In this document: positions 52,488-60,846 of the stretch, piece after piece
Numbering within the stretch: the stretch's first letter is position 1
Layout of the letters: each line of letters starts with the position of its first letter
Source of the DNA: Bryobacterales bacterium
GTDB taxonomy: Bacteria; Acidobacteriota; Terriglobia; Bryobacterales; UBA6623
Length of the DNA stretch: 64,000 nucleotides
Assembly (NCBI GenBank): GCA_965248235.1
Contig: CBDFIU010000001.1
Coordinates: forward strand, 151,313-215,312
Direction: 5' to 3'
Program-made: the position numbers and the translations under genes
Notes under the pieces: model-generated
Told to the model about the DNA's origin: nothing
Database searches by the model: none
The model's input: only the letters and a program-made list of their open reading frames with translations

Positions 52488-55400
52488 TTATCGAATATAC
52501 AGAAACTCGTTAAGACCCAGCAGCGTCTGGCAATAGTCAGCCAGCGCCGCCGCCGCGGAGGCGCGGCCTTCGCCTTCGTACGAGCGGCGCTGTTGACCGA
52601 GGAACTGTTCCCCATCGGAAATTTCCGCGGGCGTCGGCTCGCGCCCGTAGACGATGCGGTAGGCTTCCGCGATTGCCGTGGGCCCTCTCCGCCCTTCCAG
52701 CCTTCCGGCCAAACCTTCCGCGTAGCGCCGAGTTTGGGGGCTGTTGAGAAACATCAGCGCCTGGGGTGCGATGGTCGTCGAGGGTCGGCGCCCAATCCCC
52801 ACCAGATGCTCGGGCCAGTCGAACAACATCATCGACGGAATCGGTTCGCTGCGTTTGATGAAAAAGTAGATGCTGCGTCGTTGCATCTCGGTCCGCAACG
52901 AGCCGGGGCCGTACATCGTTGGGTCAAGCAAACCCGAGACTTGCAACAGCGAATCGCGAACAGCTTCGGCTTCCAGCCGCCGCGGCGTCCAGCGCCAACG
53001 GTAGAGATTGCCGATATCGACGGCGGCCTTGTCGGCGTCATACGCGGCGCTGACTTGATAGACGGCGCTCATCATGATCAATTTGTGGAGACGTTTGAGC
53101 CGCCAGCCGTGATCGACCAGATCTCGCGCCAACCAATCCAGCAGCTCGGGGTGAGTGGGCCGTTCGCCTTGCATTCCCAAGTCGCTGGGCGAGGCGGCGA
53201 TCCCGCGGCCGAAGTGGTGATGCCAAAGACGATTGACAATGACGCGCGCTAAGAGCGCCCCCCCGCCGTTGTCCGCGTCGGTCATCCAACGGGCCAGGGA
53301 AGCCCGCGTGAACCCGGTCCGCTTCCAATCGGAGGGCGGCGGAACGCGCCAATCGGTTTCATCGCGCCCCTCGCGCATCAACACTTGCAGGAATCCCGGT
53401 TCGGCGACGCCGACCTTGTTATTCGCATCGCCTCGGTTCAAGAAATGCGTTTTCTCGTAAAAATGCGGGTAGCCGCGGCCCTCGGCGGCGTGCTCTTTCG
53501 GCGAAAAGCCCTCTGAGTTGACCTGCATCTTCGTCTTCGGCGAGAGCGGTTTGGCGTCCCGATGCGCCCGCAGCTTCTCGTCGTGCTCCCGGCGCCGCTG
53601 GTCCGAACGCCCAAACCAGTTGAACAGCGCCGCGCGTTGTTTGTCCGAAAGGGCGTCCTGCCCGGCCCGCTTCAATAGCGCAAGACCCTCCACAACGTTT
53701 TGCGGGACGCCGCTGCCCACCGCCGCCTCCAGGCCGCTCTCGGTCGAGATCGACAGCCGCGGCCGGCCCAGCGCGAATTGCGTGTTGTAGGCGAAGCGCA
53801 GGCTGATGATCAGCCGCGTGCCGTCCTCGAATCCAATCGGCTTGGCGAAATCGAACACGGCTGCCTGATCCGCCCCGATGCCCGAAGGGCTCAGCGTCCA
53901 TCCCAGGAAAGTGCCGCGGATATTCGCCGCGCCCTCAACGGACCTCGCATCTCCCTCGAGGTGATCGGTGGCTCGCGCGGCGGCCAACTCGGTCTTAATA
54001 GGATCAATCTCTCCGACGGCAATCGATTGTATATCGACGCGGAACGCCCTCATCAGAAATTGACCTGAAATCGATCGTCCCGGACCTTGCTCGTACAGCG
54101 ACGGATGCGTCAACGCCTCGACGCGGATCGAAGCAATGTCCGTCGCGTCGGTTTCCGCCGTGAACGTGTAGCTGTCGAACATCGTATTCGGTCCCGAGGC
54201 AAGCAACGATCCGTCATCGAGCTTCTCAAACACCGCGTCGCCCTTGGACTTATACTCCGTCAAGTCCAACACCCGCCAAGACTGCTCGGCGGGGATGGCG
54301 GGCTCAGCGCCTTTCGCCGCGCGTTTCAGCCATTTCTCAAAGCGCGCCGAAAGACGTTTGCGGTCGTATTCGGCGCGGGCGGCTTCAAGCTCGGCGTGCT
54401 CCCGGTCCCATTTTTCTTTCGCTTGCAGGTAGGCTTCCCAGCCGGGATCGTAGTCGATCTCGGAGCGAATCGTGCGTCCGAAGACCGAAGCGAGACGATA
54501 GTAATCGCGATTGGGAATCGGATCGTACTTGTGATCGTGGCAACGCGCGCAGCCGACGGTCAGGCCCAGCATGGCCGTACCCATCGTGCCGATCATGTCA
54601 TCCAATTCGTCATAACGCGCGGTCTCGAACTCAGCCTCGGTGATCTGGGTCGGGAACGGGCCGCCGCCGAGAAAACCCGTGGCGATCATGGCTTGCGGAT
54701 TATCCGGGGCCAGCTCGTCGCCGGCGAGCTGCCAACGCACAAAGCGATCGTAGGGCATGTCGCCGTTGAAAGCACGGATCAGAAAGTCGCGGTAGTGGTA
54801 GGAGTAGGGTCGGTCGAAGTCCTGCTCGAAGCCGTCGCTTTCGCCGAAACGGGCGATGTCCATCCAATGGCGCGCCCAGCGCTCGCCGTAGTGCGGCGAG
54901 TCGAGCAAACCGTCGACCAACTTCTCGTAGGCGTCGGGAGAAGCGTCGCTGACGAACGCCTCGACTTCTTCAGGCCCGGGCGGCAATCCGAGCAAATTCA
55001 AATAAGCGCGACGGATCAACGTGCGGCGATCGGCCGCCGCATTTGGTTGCAAGCCCTTCGATGCGAGCTTTTGCCGGATGAAATGGTCGATCGGCGAGTC
55101 AGCCCAAGACGAATCGCCGGCCGCGGGCGGAGCCGCCTTTCCAAGCGGACGAAACGACCAAAAAGAGCGCCGCTCTTCGGTCACTTCCATCGCGGCGTCT
55201 TCCGACTGCCCGGCGCCGGCCGACGAGTCGGCGAGCGGCTCATCGTAGGGTGCGCCCAAGTCCACCCAACGCGCGATCGCATCGACCGCCTCGGCGGGGA
55301 GTTTCTCTTGTTGAAACGGCATAAAGGGCTCTTCCTCATGCCGGATCAGTTTGAGTAAACGGCTATTGGCCGCGCTGTCGCCCAGGTTCCCGCTCGCGAG

Positions 55401-55667
55401 CAACGCCTCGCGCGCGGATAAATCGAAATCCCCCAGCGTTTGCCCGCCCCCGTGGCAACCCAAGCACCGCGCGACCAGCAACGGCCTGACCTGTTCCGCG
55501 AACAGCTTGATCCCCTCGGCCATGTCCTGAGCATGGCGCGCCGGGTCTTTCAACGGGGCCGTGTCGCTCTGCTGCGCCGTCATCGCGGAAGGAATCGCGA
55601 TCAGGCAGAACACCGTAGCGAGCGAGGCAACTCGTCGGGCCGAGCGGCTGGGCGGCATGGCGGACAT
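52488..55667 (-). CDS. PSCyt/DUF1549/DUF1553 protein (no adjacent DUF1501 partner)
   Basis: Signal 'MSAMPPSRSARRVASLATVFCLIAIPSAMTA', 'CLGCHGG' and 'CARCHDHKYDP'. The DUF1553-like C-terminal half is colinear with 21117-23750. Confidence 0.8.
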   Translation of the reverse strand: MSAMPPSRSARRVASLATVFCLIAIPSAMTAQQSDTAPLKDPARHAQDMAEGIKLFAEQVRPLLVARCLGCHGGGQTLGDFDLSAREALLASGNLGDSAANSRLLKLIRHEEEPFMPFQQEKLPAEAVDAIARWVDLGAPYDEPLADSSAGAGQSEDAAMEVTEERRSFWSFRPLGKAAPPAAGDSSWADSPIDHFIRQKLASKGLQPNAAADRRTLIRRAYLNLLGLPPGPEEVEAFVSDASPDAYEKLVDGLLDSPHYGERWARHWMDIARFGESDGFEQDFDRPYSYHYRDFLIRAFNGDMPYDRFVRWQLAGDELAPDNPQAMIATGFLGGGPFPTQITEAEFETARYDELDDMIGTMGTAMLGLTVGCARCHDHKYDPIPNRDYYRLASVFGRTIRSEIDYDPGWEAYLQAKEKWDREHAELEAARAEYDRKRLSARFEKWLKRAAKGAEPAIPAEQSWRVLDLTEYKSKGDAVFEKLDDGSLLASGPNTMFDSYTFTAETDATDIASIRVEALTHPSLYEQGPGRSISGQFLMRAFRVDIQSIAVGEIDPIKTELAAARATDHLEGDARSVEGAANIRGTFLGWTLSPSGIGADQAAVFDFAKPIGFEDGTRLIISLRFAYNTQFALGRPRLSISTESGLEAAVGSGVPQNVVEGLALLKRAGQDALSDKQRAALFNWFGRSDQRRREHDEKLRAHRDAKPLSPKTKMQVNSEGFSPKEHAAEGRGYPHFYEKTHFLNRGDANNKVGVAEPGFLQVLMREGRDETDWRVPPPSDWKRTGFTRASLARWMTDADNGGGALLARVIVNRLWHHHFGRGIAASPSDLGMQGERPTHPELLDWLARDLVDHGWRLKRLHKLIMMSAVYQVSAAYDADKAAVDIGNLYRWRWTPRRLEAEAVRDSLLQVSGLLDPTMYGPGSLRTEMQRRSIYFFIKRSEPIPSMMLFDWPEHLVGIGRRPSTTIAPQALMFLNSPQTRRYAEGLAGRLEGRRGPTAIAEAYRIVYGREPTPAEISDGEQFLGQQRRSYEGEGRASAAAALADYCQTLLGLNEFLYIR

Positions 55668-55787
55668 CCTTTCTCCAAAGTGGACTCCCCTAGTATGCAA
55701 CTTACACCGCGCTCTGTCGAGATCGCGCTTCCCCGCGGCGTGTGCGACATAAGTGCGCGAGCCCTTCGCGCAATACGAACAACAGAA

Positions 55788-55968
55788 TCAGAGGCGTGGA
55801 CGGAAGTCCACGCTCACCCCGGTTCACCCCGGTTCACCCCGGTTCACCCCGGTTCACCCCGGTTCACCCCGGTTCACCCCGGTTCACCGGGCCTGGGTTC
55901 GCGAATCGGCCGGGCCTTGTAGGGCCGGTTTCCGGTTTAGAGCCCTCGTTGTCCGGTACCAGGCCGTT
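55788..55968 (+). repeat. Family-1 REP-like element, copy B (full, expanded 10-bp repeat)
   Basis: cagag-GCGTGGAC-ggaa-GTCCACGC (55793-55800/55805-55812), 7 units of gYtcaccSSg, then cggcc..ggccg (includes GTAG) and ccagg..cctgg hairpins. Confidence 0.85.
55811..55880 (+). repeat. 10-bp tandem repeat (GTTCACCCCG), 7 units
   Basis: gctcaccccg, then five copies of gttcaccccg, then gttcaccggg. The homologous position has 3 units in copy A (10360-10389) and 2 in copy C. Confidence 0.9.
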
Positions 55969-55990
55969 CCCTGGCCCCGCGTAGACTCCT

Positions 55991-57112
55991 TTACATCGCG
56001 CCGCAAACTTCCTCGTAGTAGGCCTCGTATTGGGGAATGATCCGGGTCGCCGAGTAACGCGTTTCGGCCGAGCGTCGCGCCGCCTCTCCGAAAGCCTTCT
56101 GCTTTTCCGCGTCCCCGAAAAGCGAAAGCGCCGCCCGAGCCATCGCGTCCACATCCCCGACCGGAACCAGAAAACCGTTGCTCCCCGGGTCCACGACCTC
56201 CGGCAGACCGCCAACATCCGAGGCAATCGTCGGCACCCCGCACGCCGCGGCTTCGAGCGCCGCCAACCCGAATCCCTCCATCTCGCTCGGCAACAGCGAC
56301 AAGTCCGCGACCGCCAGCAACGGCGCGACCGAAAGCTGTTTCCCTACGAAAATAACCCGTTCTTCCACGCCCAGCTCCCGAGCCAGCGACTGCGCCGGGC
56401 CGCGATCCGGGCCGTCGCCGACCATCAGCAACCGGCTCGGCGTCTCGCGGTTCACCGCTGCCAATACCCGCACGCAATCGAGAATGCGCTTAACCGGTCG
56501 AAAGTTCGACACATGAACCAGCAATTTTTCGTCGGGCGCTGCGTAGCGCCGTCGCAAATCCCAATCCGGGTCCGGACGATAGAGATCGCAGTTGACAAAG
56601 TTCGGAATCACCCGAATTTCCTTGTCCGTCGAAAAAACTCGCCGCGTCTCTTTGCGAAGATACTGGCTGATCGCGGTCACCCCCGGGCTCTGCTCGATCG
56701 ACAATTTCGTGATCGGCAGAAACGACGGATCCGAACCCACCAGCGTCACGTCCGTCCCATGAAGCGTCGTGACGAAAGGGATCTTGCCGTCGAGGATGCG
56801 GCTCGCCAACCAAGCGCTGACCGAGTGCGGAATCGCGTAATGCACATGCAGCAAATCAAGCTTCTCCGTCGCCGCCGTCTCGGCCATCCGCGACGCCAAC
56901 GCCAAGCTGTAGGGCGGGTATTGGAACAGCGGATAGTCACTGACCGCGACCTCGTGGTAGTGAATGCGAGGTAAATCGCCGCTCAGACGAATCGGATTGG
57001 CGTAGGTGATGAAGTGGACTTCATGCCCCCGGGCGGAAAGCTCCATCCCCAGTTCCGTAGCGACGATGCCGCTACCGCCGTAAGTGGGATAACACGTAAT
57101 GCCGATCTTCAA
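55991..57112 (-). CDS. bshA: GT4 glycosyltransferase, N-acetyl-alpha-D-glucosaminyl L-malate synthase (bacillithiol biosynthesis)
   Basis: 'MKIGITCYPTYGGSGIVATELGMELSARGHEVHFITYANP' is the BshA N-terminal signature. 'FLLPSE.EGFGLAALEAAACGVP' GT4 EX7E region. Confidence 0.8.
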   Translation of the reverse strand: MKIGITCYPTYGGSGIVATELGMELSARGHEVHFITYANPIRLSGDLPRIHYHEVAVSDYPLFQYPPYSLALASRMAETAATEKLDLLHVHYAIPHSVSAWLASRILDGKIPFVTTLHGTDVTLVGSDPSFLPITKLSIEQSPGVTAISQYLRKETRRVFSTDKEIRVIPNFVNCDLYRPDPDWDLRRRYAAPDEKLLVHVSNFRPVKRILDCVRVLAAVNRETPSRLLMVGDGPDRGPAQSLARELGVEERVIFVGKQLSVAPLLAVADLSLLPSEMEGFGLAALEAAACGVPTIASDVGGLPEVVDPGSNGFLVPVGDVDAMARAALSLFGDAEKQKAFGEAARRSAETRYSATRIIPQYEAYYEEVCGAM

Positions 57113-57218
57113 ATCGGTTTCTCCTCAAAACGCCGCGCCAACCGGCAACGAGCCGCCCGGGCGCCGCCCGCACCCTCCCAAGATACAATGAAACTCTCGC
57201 TTGCCACGCCGCCGCCTC

Positions 57219-58241
57219 ATGCCCGACGCATCCCCGCCGCCGTCCTCCACTCCCGTCGATACTGCTATCATCGGCGCCGGACCGACGGGACTTTCCTGCG
57301 CCATCGAAATCACCAAACGCAACCGATCGGTCGTTGTGTTCGATAAAGGCTGCCTCGTCAACTCGCTCTACAACTACCCGACCAACCTCACGTTTTTCAC
57401 AACTCCGGAACTGCTCGAGATCGGTGATCTGCCCATGACCGCCGTCCGCGAGAAACCCACCCGCGGAGAGGCGCTCAAATACTATCGCCGCGCCGCCGAG
57501 CATTATCGCCTACCGCTCCGCCAATACGAAAAGGTCACCGAAATCCAGGGAGACGACGGAAATTTTCAGCTTCACACCGTCGATCGCCGCGGCCGGAAGG
57601 CCTGTCAGCCGGCGCGCAAAGTCATCGTCGCCACCGGATATTACGACTTGCCGGTCATGATGAACGTACCCGGCGAGGAATTAGAAAAGGTTCTGCATTA
57701 CTACCGCGAACCCCACCCCTTCTACGACTGCGACGTGGCCGTCATCGGCGCTAAGAATTCCGCCGCGATCACGGCCTTGGAATTGTATCGTTGCGGCGCC
57801 CGCGTCAGTCTCATTCATCGAGGTAAGCACCTGAGCGACAAAATCAAATACTGGATTCTGCCCGATATCGAGAACCGTCTCAAAAACAACGAAATCGCGC
57901 ATTACCCGGAATCCGACGTCGAGAGAATCACCGACGACTCCATCAGCATCCGCGCGCCGGGGGGCGCCAAGACCTTGCCCAACGACTTCGTTCTCGCGAT
58001 GACCGGATATAGACCCGACGTCGAGTTTCTGAGCCAAACCGGCATCGTTTTCGACTCGGAAACACAGCGGCCGCGAACCGACCCGGAAACTCTCGAAAGC
58101 GACCGGCCCGGCATCTACCTCGCCGGCGTCATCGTCGCCGGCATGCACACCAACGAGATTTTCATCGAAAACGGCCGCTTCCACGGCCGCCAAATCGCCC
58201 GCCACATCGACGCCAAGCTGGACGCCCCGACTTCCGACTAA
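57219..58241 (+). CDS. ypdA: YpdA-family FAD-dependent (putative bacillithiol) disulfide reductase
   Basis: 'DTAIIGAGPTGLSCAIE', 'GCLVNSLYNYPTNLTFFTTPELLEIGDLP', a second dinucleotide fold 'VAVIGAKNSAAITALEL' and 'IYLAGVI'. Divergent from bshA. ATG 57219. Confidence 0.75.
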   Translation: MPDASPPPSSTPVDTAIIGAGPTGLSCAIEITKRNRSVVVFDKGCLVNSLYNYPTNLTFFTTPELLEIGDLPMTAVREKPTRGEALKYYRRAAEHYRLPLRQYEKVTEIQGDDGNFQLHTVDRRGRKACQPARKVIVATGYYDLPVMMNVPGEELEKVLHYYREPHPFYDCDVAVIGAKNSAAITALELYRCGARVSLIHRGKHLSDKIKYWILPDIENRLKNNEIAHYPESDVERITDDSISIRAPGGAKTLPNDFVLAMTGYRPDVEFLSQTGIVFDSETQRPRTDPETLESDRPGIYLAGVIVAGMHTNEIFIENGRFHGRQIARHIDAKLDAPTSD

Positions 58242-58497
58242 CCCAGACGACGAAGACGCCTCGGCGGTGCGGCGGCTTCCGTCGCCCTAAGGCCGCCTTA
58301 GCCGCCGCTGCTTAGAAGATCAAGGAAATATGACCGCTGTACTAAGCCATAGCACTGATATGTGACTTCTCGCACGCGACCTTACTATTTATGGTGAGTC
58401 CGCCGCCGCAACGCGCGGCGGCACTCTAGCGGCGTCCGCTTTCACGGAATCTCGCCGGCACTTAGAGCCAGCCCGGGCGACGTCCTCGGAGGAAGTT

Positions 58498-59370
58498 ATG
58501 GCTTGTACAACCTGCAGCAACCCGACAGAGAGCGTCGATAAATTCTGCAATGGATGCGGTCGGGCTGTCGCTGTCATCGACAGAAGAGGCAAGGCCAGGA
58601 ACTTTCTTTGCCTGCGCTGCGGTACCACCCTGAAAGGCCTGAAGCACTTCTGCGTTACCTGCGGCGTAAGGACCAAGAGGAAAGGTCCCGAAGACACCCT
58701 TTGGAAACGTCTCTCACGGGCTGCGGCGTCTCCGCGGGTGCAGGCCACCGTGGCTGTTACGATGAGCATTCTTGTCGTTTCTCCGATCCTCTATCAGCTG
58801 TTTCTTGGGGGCTGGCGGCCCGGCGCGCCGGTGGATACCGTCGTTTCTTCCACCTACATGATTCATACGGTAGCGGGTCCGGTCGACGAGGTTGACGGCC
58901 GTCGCTTGAAGCGGCTGAACGGCGTGGCCGTCGATCCGGACGGCCACCTCTTCTTCGTGGATACCACCGGAAACCGAATCCTTCGCATCGACCGCAACGG
59001 CGAAGTGCGCCCTTCGGTCGGAACCGGCGAGGAAGGTTTTGACGGCGACGGGGGCCCCTCCTACGCGGCGCGCCTGAGCCGGCCCACGGGAATCGCCTTC
59101 GATACCTGGGGCTATCTTTATGTTGCCGACAGTGGAAATCACCGCATTCGCCGGGTCGATCCGGACGGCGTGATCAAAACCATCGCCGGCAGCGGCCCAA
59201 CCGGCGCCGGAAACGGGAGCTTCGAGGGCGACGGATCGGTCGCGACGCTTGCCCGGCTCAACTCCCCAACCAGCGTCCACATCGACTCTCTCGGCAATAT
59301 CTTCTTCACCGATACCGGCAATGGCAGACTTCGACGCTTGGCGCCCCTGCGGCGCTCCGACGACAAATAG
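58498..59370 (+). CDS. Double zinc-ribbon, single-TM, NHL-repeat beta-propeller protein
   Basis: 'CTTCSNPTESVDKFCNGCG' and 'CLRCGTTLKGLKHFCVTCG' CxxC pairs. TM 'VAVTMSILVVSPILYQLFL'. NHL repeats 'PTGIAFDTWGYLYVADSGNHRIRRVDPDGVIKTIAG' and 'PTSVHIDSLGNIFFTDTGNGRLRRL'. GGAGG lies before the ATG. Confidence 0.75.
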   Translation: MACTTCSNPTESVDKFCNGCGRAVAVIDRRGKARNFLCLRCGTTLKGLKHFCVTCGVRTKRKGPEDTLWKRLSRAAASPRVQATVAVTMSILVVSPILYQLFLGGWRPGAPVDTVVSSTYMIHTVAGPVDEVDGRRLKRLNGVAVDPDGHLFFVDTTGNRILRIDRNGEVRPSVGTGEEGFDGDGGPSYAARLSRPTGIAFDTWGYLYVADSGNHRIRRVDPDGVIKTIAGSGPTGAGNGSFEGDGSVATLARLNSPTSVHIDSLGNIFFTDTGNGRLRRLAPLRRSDDK

Positions 59371-59446
59371 TCGCTAAGTCGCCCCTGATCATGGCGCTCC
59401 GCCGCCGGTCACGGTAACCGCCGAACGCTCGGCGGCGTCCATCCCC

Positions 59447-59704
59447 TAGTACTCAGACCACGTGAAATGACACCTTTCCCCGACCTTGTTGAGACGGCTT
59501 CGATCCGCCCTGGCGGAGGAAACCACTACCAACCAGAGCCGCATCGCCACGGGGCTGTGAAAAACTGGGGACTGTACCGAGCGCCGACCGAATAAGTTCC
59601 ATCAGATCAACAATTTCTCCTGGCGCGAAGTGGACTGTCCCCCATTTTTTCACAGCCCCGTGGCGATGCGGTCACTCAAGGATAGTGCCTTGCGGCCAAA
59701 TAAC
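59447..59704 (+). repeat. Family-3 composite repeat, copy X3 (contains nested MITE copy 3)
   Basis: tagtactcagaccacgtgaaatgacacctttccccgacctt...ggaggaaaccactaccaaccagagccgcatcgccacg[MITE]cgtggcgatgcggtcactcaaggatagtgccttgcggccaaataac. Confidence 0.75.
59552..59658 (+). mobile_element. Family-2 MITE-like element, copy 3 (nested in X3)
   Basis: Near-identical to copies 1 and 2. It sits exactly at the palindromic core (ccgcatcgccacg / cgtggcgatgcgg) of the family-3 repeat. Confidence 0.8.
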
Positions 59705-59805
59705 GTACGGACGCGCGGACGGCGCGCAAGCGCGGCGGCGTTCATGTCGAGTTCTTTCAGCTCTTCCGCCGGATCTTCGCCCGGATGGATCGCGAGAACG
59801 GCCAT
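59650..59805 (-). pseudogene. Truncated HigA-like (XRE-HTH antitoxin) remnant running into repeat X3
   Basis: GAGGAG then ATG 59805. 'MAVLAIHPGEDPAEELKELDMNAAALARRPRV' matches the HigA N-terminal 'HPGE..L.EEL.E.gms...LA..lgV' pattern. From about 59704 the frame is repeat-derived. No HigB gene is adjacent. Confidence 0.4.
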
Positions 59806-59866
59806 AAAGATTCTCCTCGAATGGTAGCCGCAATGCAGTACAGTTTTAAAAAGCATTACGATCAAC

Positions 59867-60733
59867 ATGAGTGATGACGTCAAATCCGCCGCGGCGCCGT
59901 TTGGCCACCGCGGCCTGTGGGTTGGGTTCGCGCTGCTGGCGGTGGTGCTTGTCGGGTTGCTCGTCCTCGTTTGGAACATGTGGAGCCGCGGGGTCGAACT
60001 CGAAGACCGTCTTCGCACCGCCGAGAGCGAGCGGCAATCGCTCGATCAAAAGCTCGGCGCATTGCGCTCCCAATCCGACGGGATGCGTGCCGCCGCCGAC
60101 TCCGCCGAAATGCGAGCCGCGCACGCCGAAGTCAAGGTCGAGCGCCTCGACGAAGCCCGCAAGCGAGCCGAGTTGGAGCGGGAGTTGGTACGGGAAACCG
60201 CCGAGCGCTACCGCGGCGAATCGGAACAGGCCCGCCGCGACGCCGAACGCGCCCGCATTGAAACCGCCCGCATCCGCCGCCAGCGCGAGGCCGAGCTCGA
60301 CCGCATGCAACAAGCCTTGAACCACATCGTCGAAACCGAACGCACGCCGATGGGCATGGTCATGAATCTGGGGGAAGACTCCTTTCTTTTCGATTTCGAC
60401 AAGAGCGCGATTCGACCTGAAAACCGCGAAATCCTCAGCCGGATCGCCGGCGTGTTGTTGGCTTCTCACGGCTACCGGCTCTACGTCTACGGTCACACCG
60501 ATGACGTCGGCGCGGCCGATTACAACCGCGAACTGTCGGATCGCCGGGCGCGCGCCGTCCGCAACTACCTCGTGCACGCCGGCGTTCCCGACGCCGTCGT
60601 CAAGGCCAAGGGTTTCGGGGAAAGCAGCCCCGCCACGACAGGCCGTTCCTCCTCCGCGCGCCAAAAAAATCGGCGCGTCGAAATCGGCGTCATCGACACC
60701 GTCGTCCATTACACCGGCGCGGTCGAGGAATAA
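59867..60733 (+). CDS. OmpA/MotB-domain protein with N-terminal TM and long coiled coil
   Basis: TM 'LWVGFALLAVVLVGLLVLVW', about 110-aa Glu/Arg/Ala-rich coiled coil and an OmpA-like C-terminus 'LYVYGHTDDVGAADYNRELSDRRARAVRNYLVHAGV...NRRVEI'. Confidence 0.8.
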   Translation: MSDDVKSAAAPFGHRGLWVGFALLAVVLVGLLVLVWNMWSRGVELEDRLRTAESERQSLDQKLGALRSQSDGMRAAADSAEMRAAHAEVKVERLDEARKRAELERELVRETAERYRGESEQARRDAERARIETARIRRQREAELDRMQQALNHIVETERTPMGMVMNLGEDSFLFDFDKSAIRPENREILSRIAGVLLASHGYRLYVYGHTDDVGAADYNRELSDRRARAVRNYLVHAGVPDAVVKAKGFGESSPATTGRSSSARQKNRRVEIGVIDTVVHYTGAVEE

Positions 60734-60846
60734 TCCCGCCGGCGTCCCCATTTCCCCCTCCGGGTTCGCGCGAACACAAACACCTTTGGACTCGCCGCGA
60801 AAACGGTGTACTATAAAGAGGTTTCATCACTCGGAAAGGACAACTC

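Noticed and set aside
55811-55880. Possible CRISPR array or protein-coding 'PVHPGSPRFT' repeat.
   Set aside because: The units are 10 bp, contiguous and without spacers. The array is intergenic and belongs to a repeat element that has 2-3 units elsewhere.
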